Assembly (NCBI GenBank): GCA_010093995.1 | Contig: ML992502.1 | Location: 177,042-197,041 of the forward strand | Length of the DNA: 20,000 bases | Origin: Elsinoe ampelina | Taxonomy: Eukaryota | Reading direction: 5' to 3' | Shown here: positions 8,549-18,614 of the stretch, piece after piece | How the letters are laid out: every line of letters starts with the position of its first letter | How positions within the stretch are numbered: position 1 is the first letter of the stretch | Position numbers and translations under genes: made by a program | Notes under the pieces: model-generated | The model's database searches: none | The model's input: only the letters and a program-made list of their open reading frames with translations | Told to the model about the DNA's origin: nothing

Positions 8549-10960
8549 CTAGGACCCTTCGAACCCACCGGCTTTTGGTTTCCATTGCCCTGCCACCTCG
8601 CCTTTCTCGACCGTGATGTACCCTCCCTCCCCCGCCTTGCCCCTCAGAACCATCCCGGCCGACGAACCAAACACGACCTTCCCGACCAACGACCCCTGCT
8701 TCTCCCCCTCGACCTGCCCCTTCCTCACTTTGGCATTCTTCAAGTATGGCTGCTCCGGCGTACGCACTGGCCTGCTCGCCCTCTCCGCCCCGACCGATTT
8801 CTCCTGCACGGCCGGCCCGGGGTCAGCAGTGATTGCCACTGAAGCTTCATGTGGGAGGTAGAACGACACCCTCTTGAACACGGGCGTGCCGTCTTCGCGT
8901 TCGAGCATGCGGTAGGTGAACTTTTGATCTGGTAGGTCGGGGGCGGAGGTACTACCAGATAGGGCGGCTTGCTGGGCTGGAGTGGTGGGGGAAGCCGAGA
9001 AGAGAGGAGAGGACCATTGCGGGGCGTGACGGCCGGAGGAGGTGCGTTTGAGGATTGGGCCCGAGAGGGTACGCTTGGTAGGGGGTGAGGCATCACTTGG
9101 GGTTGGAGAAGTGGAGGCGGTGGGGAGGGGATGATCCGGGATGGATGGAGCGTGTGTCAGGGGCACTTTCTTGAAGATGGATGTGCCGTCGGGGCGGTCG
9201 ACCAGGCGGTAGGTGAATTGCTCTGCGACTGGTTGTTCAGCTGTCGGGCTTCGGTTGAAGACCGGGCCACCCCATTGTGGTGCGTGCCTACCGGATGAGA
9301 CACGCTTTCTGTTCTTGGGCCTGGTAGGCGTCGCTTGGGGACTGTCTGCAGGAGTCGCAGTGTCAGATCCTCTGGGTTCGAGAGGCACCTTCCTGAACAC
9401 AGATGTCCCGTCTGCACGATCGACAAGACGATAGGTGAATTTATGCTCTACTGGTTGCTCGGCTGCTTTTGTCTGAGCAAAGGCTGGAGTGCTCCACTGC
9501 GGTGCGTGCCTACCAGAAGACACTCGCTTAAAGACAGGCGTGCCGTCTGCTCGTTCGACCAGTCGATAGGTAGATGTCTCGTTCTCTGGGCTGACAACTT
9601 CGGTGCCAGAAGCTTCGTTGCTTGCAGCCGGTTTAGTCTTCTCCTCGGGCACTTTCTTGAAGAACGACGTCCCATCAGGCCGCTCCACGAGCCTGTATGT
9701 GAACTGCTGTTCTTCCGCGGCAGGCTCTGGAGCAGGCATCACCGGTTTCGTCTCCTGCACCGGCACCTTCTTGAACACAAACGTACCATCCTCCCGTTCA
9801 ACAAGTCGATACGTGAATTGCTCTTCCTCCTCTGCTTTCCCCGCTCTCGACTCCGCTTGCGCAAAGGCGGGAAAACTCCATTGCGGCACTGCCCTCCCAG
9901 ACGATACCCGCTTGAACACCGGCGATCCATTCCGTTGTACCAGCTTGTACGCTCCATCGTCGTCTGAAGCCTTCCGCTTAAGGACCGTGATCGGTGCGTT
10001 ATTATTGACAAGTGATGTTGGTGTCGGTGTCGGGCTCAACATTGGCTTGGCGAAATCGGGACTGCCCCATTGAGGCGCATGCCTCCCAGAGGACACGCGC
10101 TTGATACTACCAGGTCGTCCACGAGGAGTCAGATTGAATGAGGTGTCGGGTACGTCGATGCTCTCCTCTTCAGGAACAGAGGCCCCGACCACAGCTGGCG
10201 AAGTCACGCTCCTCGTAGCAAACACTGGGGCATTCCATTGTGGTGCATGCCGACCACTCGAGACCCGCTTCATGATCGACGGACGAGTGCGTCGTACAAG
10301 AACATCCTCCTGGCTTGCTTCGTCGCCATTTACGCTCCCAGACCCGTTCAGTCTTGCTATGCTCTCATCGAATTTGTTCCCGGTCGGCCACGTTGGTGTC
10401 CCCCAGTTCGGAGCATGTCTCCCGCTTGCTGTCCTTCTGAAGACGGGAGCTCCGTTGCGCTCGACAAGTGCACATGTAGAGTTGCCATTGTCTAGGGATC
10501 GTTCTTCGGGTACCTCACCTATGATGACCGAGCCGGCGTCCTCCTCTTTCGGCTGCCCGTACAGTGACTGTGTCCAGGTAGGCGTGCCCCAATTTGGCGC
10601 ATACCTCCCACAGCTTGTCCTCTTGAGGATTGGTACCCGTTCTCTGCTCACCAGTGTGTATGAGGCGCTCCTCGATCCCGAGACCGACTCTTGCTCCGTA
10701 GTGCCATTGGTATCGCGAGCAAGGTCCTGGTTGGATATTCCGTGTCTAGCTGGGAGAGGACCTTCTGCTACAACTGTGCCGATAAAGTCCCTGATGTTGG
10801 GGGTCGATTGGTCACCAGCTTCGCTCCCAATGGCGATGAGCTTGACCAGGAGTTCTCCAGGTTTCAATTGAGTCCCAAGAGGTAGCTGCGGAACATTCGC
10901 ATCCAGAGAAGTACCACCATCTCCGCGACGACCAATGGCCTCGGTCGTCAGGAATGGCAT
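8549..10960 (-). CDS. Uncharacterised 803-aa protein with interleaved KRxSSGRHAPQW and YRLVERxDGTxxFK repeats; termini resemble a split GroES-like (ADH_N) domain
   Basis: 2.4-kb uninterrupted ORF from an ATG. The repeats are conserved as amino acids while codons vary between copies, which indicates real coding constraint. Confidence 0.85.
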   Translation of the reverse strand: MPFLTTEAIGRRGDGGTSLDANVPQLPLGTQLKPGELLVKLIAIGSEAGDQSTPNIRDFIGTVVAEGPLPARHGISNQDLARDTNGTTEQESVSGSRSASYTLVSRERVPILKRTSCGRYAPNWGTPTWTQSLYGQPKEEDAGSVIIGEVPEERSLDNGNSTCALVERNGAPVFRRTASGRHAPNWGTPTWPTGNKFDESIARLNGSGSVNGDEASQEDVLVRRTRPSIMKRVSSGRHAPQWNAPVFATRSVTSPAVVGASVPEEESIDVPDTSFNLTPRGRPGSIKRVSSGRHAPQWGSPDFAKPMLSPTPTPTSLVNNNAPITVLKRKASDDDGAYKLVQRNGSPVFKRVSSGRAVPQWSFPAFAQAESRAGKAEEEEQFTYRLVEREDGTFVFKKVPVQETKPVMPAPEPAAEEQQFTYRLVERPDGTSFFKKVPEEKTKPAASNEASGTEVVSPENETSTYRLVERADGTPVFKRVSSGRHAPQWSTPAFAQTKAAEQPVEHKFTYRLVDRADGTSVFRKVPLEPRGSDTATPADSPQATPTRPKNRKRVSSGRHAPQWGGPVFNRSPTAEQPVAEQFTYRLVDRPDGTSIFKKVPLTHAPSIPDHPLPTASTSPTPSDASPPTKRTLSGPILKRTSSGRHAPQWSSPLFSASPTTPAQQAALSGSTSAPDLPDQKFTYRMLEREDGTPVFKRVSFYLPHEASVAITADPGPAVQEKSVGAERASRPVRTPEQPYLKNAKVRKGQVEGEKQGSLVGKVVFGSSAGMVLRGKAGEGGYITVEKGEVAGQWKPKAGGFEGS

Positions 10961-11386
10961 AGCCAGCGATGAGTGAGAGCAATAGCTTCCAGGACTTCAA
11001 AACGCGTACTGCGACAACATGCGACCCCGATCGCGTTCCCAGCAATCGCTAACGCAAGAATGGTGGAAGAAAAGACGAAAGGAAAACGGACAGAAGGGAC
11101 AGAAAATGCGACAGCCACCAGCGACGCCGGGTCTAAAAAGCTTGTGTCTCACCTATCTCTGTCATGAGGCGCCTGAAGGGTCAGCATGGTGGGCGGAGGT
11201 CTCTGTTCATGAGGCTGGTCTGGTAGGTGACTGTCGAATTGAATGAGGCCTGACTGCTCCATTGCTATCGTCAGACAGCCCAAGCATACTCTGGAATGTC
11301 CACGACCCTCGGACTTTTTTGTCTGGCACGAAACGGTGCGTGGCGCGGTTGGCGTTGAAAGAGCGATGGCGTGATTTGACGATTTG

Positions 11387-11528
11387 TGTTGTAATGGAAG
11401 GCTGGTACAGCTTCTCTGGTACTGAAGAACTGGCACTGATGAGTCAGCGCACGCACAGTAGATAAATTGGTTATTGTAACTCTCTAAATGAAACACACGT
11501 CTCTCGATCCGATTTGCCAGTTATAACA
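11387..11528 (+). repeat. Putative 142-bp 5' LTR of the Copia element
   Basis: Starts TGTTGTAA and ends TTATAACA (an 8-bp inverted repeat with one RIP-type mismatch), immediately followed by the PBS. The partner LTR lies outside the window, so the left edge is inferred. Confidence 0.65.
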
Positions 11529-11540
11529 GGTTATAAGCCC
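11529..11540 (+). promoter_or_regulatory. Copia primer-binding site (internal tRNA-iMet fragment type)
   Basis: GGTTATAAGCCC is GGTTATGAGCCC with one TG->TA change, the PBS type of copia/Ty5-like elements, and sits directly after the LTR-terminal CA. Confidence 0.8.
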
Positions 11541-11785
11541 GGCGCTTCTCTAAAAGCACTTAAAGCTATAGCAAATTAAGCGTGTCATTATTAAAAGGAT
11601 TACTAAGCCGCCTACACTAAATTCTGAACTAGCTACATTAAGATAAACACCTATAGTAGCCCGTATTAACCCTTTAATTAAACAGCTTAAACGGCTTAAA
11701 TAAGCTAATTACATTAATTAAATTAATAGGCCTTTAGCTAATTACTATTATTATATCTAGATTAGTAAAAATACTTAAGACTTAG

Positions 11786-12682
11786 ATTCTTAAGAGAGAA
11801 AGCAACTACAATACTTAGAGATTAACCCTTAAGGTAGCCCTCCTTAAAAAGGATATACTTAGATATACAATTTATAACATTAACTAGATACTAGTAGTTA
11901 TAAAGCCTAAAGAACTAGCCCTAGATACTAGTAAAGGCACTAAGGTAATCTATAAGGTTAGAAATAAGACCTAGTATAAGAATAATAGAATTACTTATAG
12001 TATTATTATAATAAGAATTTATAAATCTATTAGACCTTACTATAGTATAACTTAGAAGACTTTAAAGAAACTTCTAGATACTATTAAATCTATATTTAAA
12101 TCTATTATTTTATATAAGCTATATATAGCTATCTATAACCTTAATAAGGTAATTATAACAAGTTATAATACCTAAAAGTACTATAAAGATTTTATAAAGT
12201 ACTATTATTAATACACTATTACTATAGAGCAAAGAGTAAGCACTATTAGTACTAAACTAAATAAGTTTAGGCTCCCTCTATACTATATTAAAACTATATT
12301 TATTATAGGAATAGAGACTACTAAATAGTTAAGGAGCTAGAGATCTAGCCTTAACTATAAGAAGAGTCTTAAAGAGATAATAGACTCTCTTAGAATATAG
12401 AAGCTCCTATATAATAAAAGAACTAATCTAAACTCTATTTATAGAGTAGCTAGTTATATTAAGGATTAATACACTTAGTATACTTATTATATCTACTCTA
12501 ATATAGATTACTTTAAGTAGTACTCTAAGAAAGTACTAAAGAGTTAAAGTAAAAGAAATAATAAAGACAGGTTAAATAATAAAGATATAAAGGCTAAAGG
12601 TAAAAGTAATAAGTTAAAGACTAAGAAAGTTAGAGGTTAAGTAGCTATTAAAGAATCTAGAGAACCTACTAAGGTAGATAAA
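11786..12682 (+). pseudogene. Copia gag remnant (RIP-degraded; true start further upstream, not resolved)
   Basis: ILKRESNYNT*RLTLKVALLKKDILRY reverts to ILEGESNYNTWRSTLEAALLEKDMLGY. 12470-12511 (tac act tag tat act tat tat atc tac tct aat ata gat tac) reverts to C-x2-C-x4-H-x4-C in the same frame. Confidence 0.72.
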
Positions 12683-13145
12683 TGTTATAAACTAGTAGAA
12701 CAGCTAGAACATAGAGATGTTAGGACTAATTAAGCTACTAAGATTATTACGTAACCTAGCTCGACGTTTACTTAGTTCTCTATCTTCTCTAGTAGCTCTA
12801 CCTCTAAAACTATAGAGCGCGTAGGTTACTAGTAGACGTGTACTCTATATTACCTCTAACTCTCGCTACGAAGTATATAGAGTATATAAAGAATATAATA
12901 GAGAACATATATATATAGGAATAGTCCTTACCTTATATAAGTACTATAGTTAACCTTATCTAGATAGCGAACACTAGTATTGCTAAGGCTAGCCTTTATA
13001 ATACTATCTAATTGTACTTTATTATCTATAGGATATACTTTCTCTAACTCTTACCTTAGTGCTATACTACTATAGAAGTAGAACTCTCTTGTTCTTAGCT
13101 TAGCTTAGACTACTAGCGTAGACTATATTTAAACGGTTCGTGACA
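12683..13145 (+). repeat. Gypsy 5' LTR (463 bp)
   Basis: TGTTATAAAC...GTTCGTGACA. Aligns without gaps to 19238-19700. Confidence 0.96.
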
Positions 13146-13261
13146 TTTTAACTACTCTTACTATAGTATAGCACGCTACGAGGTTAATAAGTAACTCTTA
13201 CTCTAAGTTACTATTAGTATCTTCGATTACTAGTAAGCTAGAAAAGCTTACTATTAACGAC

Positions 13262-15247
13262 ATATCTACTACTAGTTTAACCTCGGGCGAATATAGAAGG
13301 TCTCTTAGTATAGAGGAAAAATAGAGTAAGCCTAAGTTAGAGGTAGAACTCTTCTATAGAGACTATGCTTACTTAAGGCGCTTCCTTGTTTAACTTAAAG
13401 CCTTCTTTACTCTAGAGAGAGATAAGTACGCTAATAACATAGTAAAGGTCCTCTATGCCGGGATACACCTTAAAGGCGCTATCTTTAGGTAGTTCGAGCC
13501 TTATATAAGTAGCTACCTAGATAGATAACTAGGCCTAGATATAAAGGCTATCTTTAAGAGCTTTAGTATCTTCTAGGCAAAGATTAAGTAAGTCTTTAAT
13601 GTATCTAATAAGGAATACGTCGCTACGACAAAGATTTAACAACTATAATAACGTAGGTCTATAGCCTAGTACTATTCCTAGTTCTAATAACTCGTAATAT
13701 ACCTAGACTAGAATAATAGTACTAAACATTTAGTATTCTACTAAGGACTAAGCGACTCGGTTAAAGACTAAATAATACCCGAGCCGCCTAATAGCCTCTA
13801 AGAACTAGTAGATACTACAATTACTATTAATAACTAACTTTACGAACGACATATAGAACATTATAGAGGATATAAAGTAAACACTAGATATACGCGTTCC
13901 TCTCGAAACTATAGAGACTCTATAGAACTTAACGCTATATATAAAGGTTGCCCCTTATAGGTATAAGGCTAAAGTCGTAGAGGAAAGTTCCTTAGTAGAA
14001 AAGAGAGAGAGAAGTATAGATAAGACAATCTATGTTTTAAGTGTAAAAGACCTAGGCATTAGGCTAGGGACTACCGATAAGGGGCGCTAGCCGATAGATT
14101 ATATATAATAGTTACTAGGCTAGTAGAGAAAAAGGCTAACACTACTATAGAAGACTTAACGACCTTTAGCATAGGTAAGAAAATATAGAAGGAGTCTATA
14201 ACGACTTAAGAGGTAATAGAATTCTCTCCGGATATTACACTTAATATTTCTATAATTAATAGCGAATAACAAAGCTAATACGTAACGCTATTATAGATAG
14301 TATATTACGATAACTCTTATTACATTTACTTGTTAGATAAGTAAGGATCTAGTTAGTCCCTATATAAGCTATCTAAGCGTAGGCAACTAACGAAATAGCT
14401 AGACTAGGAACCTAACTTAGAAAGGCTCTCTATAATTAGTAGTAATAGTAACTAACCTTAGAAGGTAGTTAGCAACAATTACTAATATACGATTATCGAG
14501 ACGAAGTATTAGGACGTAAGTGCTATACGACAATATAGTAGTCTTACCTTTAGCTCTTATAGTAAACTACAAGGAAAGGCATATTATATATCGCTCTAGA
14601 AATACATAAATCTAGATTACAAATAGTACTATACTATTTACTTATACGATGTACTTAGAGAAGAGGCTATTAGTCTTAAATACACTATAGACTTCTTAGT
14701 AATCGAAATAGGTAGTACTATTCCCTATAGCTAAGTACGGAAATACACTTAGTGTAGCCTTACTAACTATAACTATACTAGAGACAGTAGCGACGAAGAG
14801 AAATATAACAAAGAATATACCGAACAACTATAATATAATAATATAAATAACAATTTATCTAACAACGACAACGACGTACTACTACTAGGCGGACGACTTA
14901 AAGTATACCTTATAGGGATATAGAGAAACTATATAATAATATATACCTATTACTAGAACAAAACACGACAAGATAAATCTACTTAACCTACTTTCGTCTT
15001 TAATACTAATACCTAGCTACACCTAGAGGGAATAGTTATACTAATATAAGTGTATAATACTACTTAGTGTAACTAATAGAGGATTATTAAACTTTATAGT
15101 TATTAAGGAACTTAAGCACTAGAAGTCTACCTCGCTATATTAAACAATAATAAGACACGACTAGCCTAATAGGTATAATATTAATAATAGATACGTACGG
15201 GAAGGGATTAACTACTTATCTAAGGCGCTATAATAATAAAAAACTAG
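13262..15247 (+). pseudogene. Gypsy gag (RIP-degraded, ~660 codons; start inferred from ATA<-ATG at 13262)
   Basis: KPKLEVELFYRDYAYLRRFLV*LKAFF...KVLYAGIHLKGAIFR*FEPY is capsid-like; SIELN reverts to PMELD near 13918; knuckle CFKCKRPRH*ARDY at 14033-14074. The same frame ends at AAA AAC TAG. Confidence 0.85.
15238..15247 (+). promoter_or_regulatory. -1 ribosomal frameshift slippery site A AAA AAC followed by the gag stop TAG
   Basis: X XXY YYZ heptamer in the gag frame. All downstream pol motifs lie in the -1 frame. Confidence 0.75.
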
Positions 15248-18200
15248 CTAGTTGTTACCTAACGAGGTAAGATAATAACACTAGCTAAAGCCTTAATATA
15301 ATAAAGATCTATATATTAAATTACTTTATACTAGAAGTCGAAATATAAGAGAGTAAGGTAAGAGTAATAATAGATTTAGGAGCTAACTAAAGCTATATCT
15401 CTATAATAGTTACTAATTAGCTTAAACCTTATTAATACTAGAAGGAGTTACCTTACCTACTTACTATAGCAGATAGAACCTCTATAGAGAAGGACAGGAA
15501 AGTTACTTAGGAACTACGAAACGTTATAATCTAAATCGAAACATATATAGAAAAATAATTAATTAATATAGTTAATATATAGTACGATATAGTACTTAGT
15601 ATAGACTAGCTATAATAATACAACCTAGACGTAGACTAGATTAAAGGAACACTTGAATTCTCTAAGTGTAATTATAGAATATAGGGAGTATAATTAGCTC
15701 CGTAGATACTAACTATAAGAATAGTATAGGTACGACTAATAGTTAGAGCTATCGCTAGTGTAAGTAATTAAGTACTTCTACTAGAATATAAAGACTTTAA
15801 GGACTTATTTAAAGAAAGAGAAGGCATCGTAGCCTTACTCTAATATAAACTATAGAATTACAAAATACTCTTTAAAGAGAGTAAACCCCCGATACACTAT
15901 TAAGGTCTTATACTACTATCGAAATAAGAGAAGAACATCTTTAAGAACTACATCGATAAGTACTTACTTAAAGGATTTATACGACTATTAAAATTACCTA
16001 TTACGTACGGAGTGCTTTTTGCACCTAAAAAGAATAGAATATTATAAATATATATTAATTACTAGAAACTTAATACACTTACTAGGAAGAATCGCTATTC
16101 TCTACTAAGAATTAACAAACTTTAAGACTAACTTCTTAGAGCTAAATAGTTTACTATAATTAACATTAGAGACGCCTATTATTAAGTATAAATAAAGGAG
16201 AGCGAGGAGTAGAAAATAGCTTTTAGAACATAATAGAGTCTATATAAGTACCTCGTTATGCCCTTTAGGTTAACTAACGCTCCTACGACCTTCTAAGAGT
16301 TAATTAATAACACTTTATAAGAATACCTCAATAACTTTATCTTAGTATATTTAGATAATATTATTATCTTCTTAAAGATATATAATAAATACGTAGGACA
16401 TGTTTGTAAAGTGCTATAGAAACTAAAAGAAAAAGACCTACTAGTAAAACTCTCTAAGTGTAAGTTCTATAAATATAAGATACAATTTCTAGGCTATGTT
16501 ATATCTACTAATAGTATTAGACCTAATCTAAAGAAGATCGAGTTAGTAAATAACTAGCCGGAACCTACGATAGTTAAGAAGGTTTAAGCGCTACTAGAGT
16601 TCTTTAACTACTACTATAAGTTTATAGAAGGATTCTCTAAGGTAGCTACGCTAATATCTAACCTTACGAAAAAGAAAACTAGCTTTATCTTTAACAAGAG
16701 ATATAGGTAGGCCTTTAAGGAGCTAAAGCTTAGGCTTATAATAGTACCTGTCCTAGCACTATTCGACCTAGACTAATAAGTACTACTAGAAACGAATATC
16801 TCGGACTTTGCGATAGAAGTGTATCTAGCGTAGAAGGACGTAGAAGAACGACGCTACCTAATTATATACTACTTACGAAAAATAACTAGACCTAAACTTA
16901 ACTACGATATATACGACAAGGAATTACTTACAATTATAGAAGTATTCCGCAAATAGAGAGTATACCTAGAAGAGACAACCTTACTCGTATAAGTCTATAC
17001 TAACTATAAGAACCTTCTATATTAGACAACAACTAAGGTTCTTAATAGATAATAGGTTCGATAGTTAGAAACACTTATAAGCTATAACTTCTAGATCTAC
17101 TATATTAAGGGATTAGAGAATAGTAGAGTAGACGCTCTTAGCCGCTAGTTAGATTACTTAAAAAACATAATAATAATAGAGGCCTCTATACTAAAGTAGC
17201 AAGACGGTACTTTAGTCTATAAGCACTCGAAGGTAGAGTAGTTATATAGTCTTACCTAGGAGCTTACGTAAGAATAGAAAAAAGAAGTTATTTAAATACA
17301 CTATAATAACCTAACTATAGGACATAGCGGGATTAATAAGACTATTAAACTTATTATATAAAACTACCTCTAGAAAGGACTCTAAAATAATATTAAGATA
17401 TATATCGCTATATACGATATATACTATAAGTCTAAACACTCTCGATATAAACTATATAGCCTACTATAACCCTTGCTACTACTAGACAAACTATAGTAAT
17501 TAGTTACGATAGACTTTATAGGACCTCTACTACTATTAGAAGAACCTCTTATAGGTATAAAGTATAATAGTATTCTAGTCCTAGTAGATAGATTTACGAA
17601 GTATTACTACTTTATACTATATAAGACAATAGTAACTACTAAGGATATAGCCTTTACCTTCCTCTAAATAATTGTTTTATAATATAGAGTACTATAAGAC
17701 CTAATAACTAATAGGGATAAGCTATTTACGTTACAATTCTAGTAATTATTTATAGACCTACTAGGAGTTAAATATAAGCTATTAACCTCCTTTTACCTAC
17801 AAACGAATAGATAAACTAAACAGGTAAATTAAGTACTAGAGTAGTACCTACGATGCTACCTAAACTATAAGTAAGACTTATAGGCGACACTATTACTACT
17901 CGTAGAGCTTACTGTTAATAATAGAAAGTTAGCGAATAGAATTTTACTATTCTATATAAACTATAGAATATACCCGGATCTATACTACGACATACTTAGA
18001 ATTAAGCTAGTATCTAAGGATGCTAATATACTAGTAGCTAATATTAAGAAACTATATAACTAGCTATACTACAATATAGCATTTATATTACAAAGAATAG
18101 TAGAGTTTACTAACTAGAAGAGAATTACGGGACTAATTCTATAGGAGAGAGAGAAAGTTTACCTCCTTAGTAAAAACATTAAAACGAAACAACTAAGTAA

Positions 18201-18530
18201 GAAACTTAACTACACTAAACTAGGACTCTTTAAGATCCTAGAAAAGAAAAACAAGAACGTATATAAACTAGAACTACTAAGACATATAAGAATCTACCTA
18301 GTCTTTTATATATTACTACTAGAGAAAGTACTATAGAATACTATACCTAGACTTATCGAACTAGATAAAGAAACATAGGAGCTATAGTATAAGATCGAAA
18401 GAGTTTTACGTTATAAACTTATAAAAGGAAAACGCTACTATCTTATTTACTAGAAGAGACATTAGTATAGCGAAGTAATATAGAAACTAGAGAAGTACCT
18501 TACCTCGTAAGCAATTCTAGATTACTAGAT
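15244..18530 (+). pseudogene. Gypsy pol: protease, reverse transcriptase, RNase H, integrase, chromodomain (RIP-degraded; 3' end approximate)
   Basis: All in one frame: IDLGA (<-DSGA) 15370; YKYLVMPFRLTNAPTTF 16243; YLDNI (<-YLDDI) 16348; NYDIYDKELL 16900; VDALSR 17128; VDRFTK 17584; LQTNR*TKQVN (<-PQTDGQTE.VN) 17797; GLFKI 18223; chromodomain YKIERVL...YLIY*K...I*KLEKYL 18388-18502. Confidence 0.93.
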
Positions 18531-18614
18531 TAAGAACCTATCCTAAGTAAACTAACTAGATAGACCTAGCACTCTAAACACTAAACAAAAACAAGAACGC
18601 CTAAGGAAGACTAC

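Noticed and set aside
8804..8869. Possible in-frame 66-bp intron in the repeat-protein gene (GCTGAC branch site, TGCAG acceptor on the minus strand)
   Set aside because: The donor GTGTCG is a poor match and the segment reads through without stops; it cannot be called without RNA data.
8860..10665. Spaced DNA repeats as a CRISPR-like array
   Set aside because: Eukaryotic context; the repeats are conserved at the protein level with wobble variation and irregular spacing.
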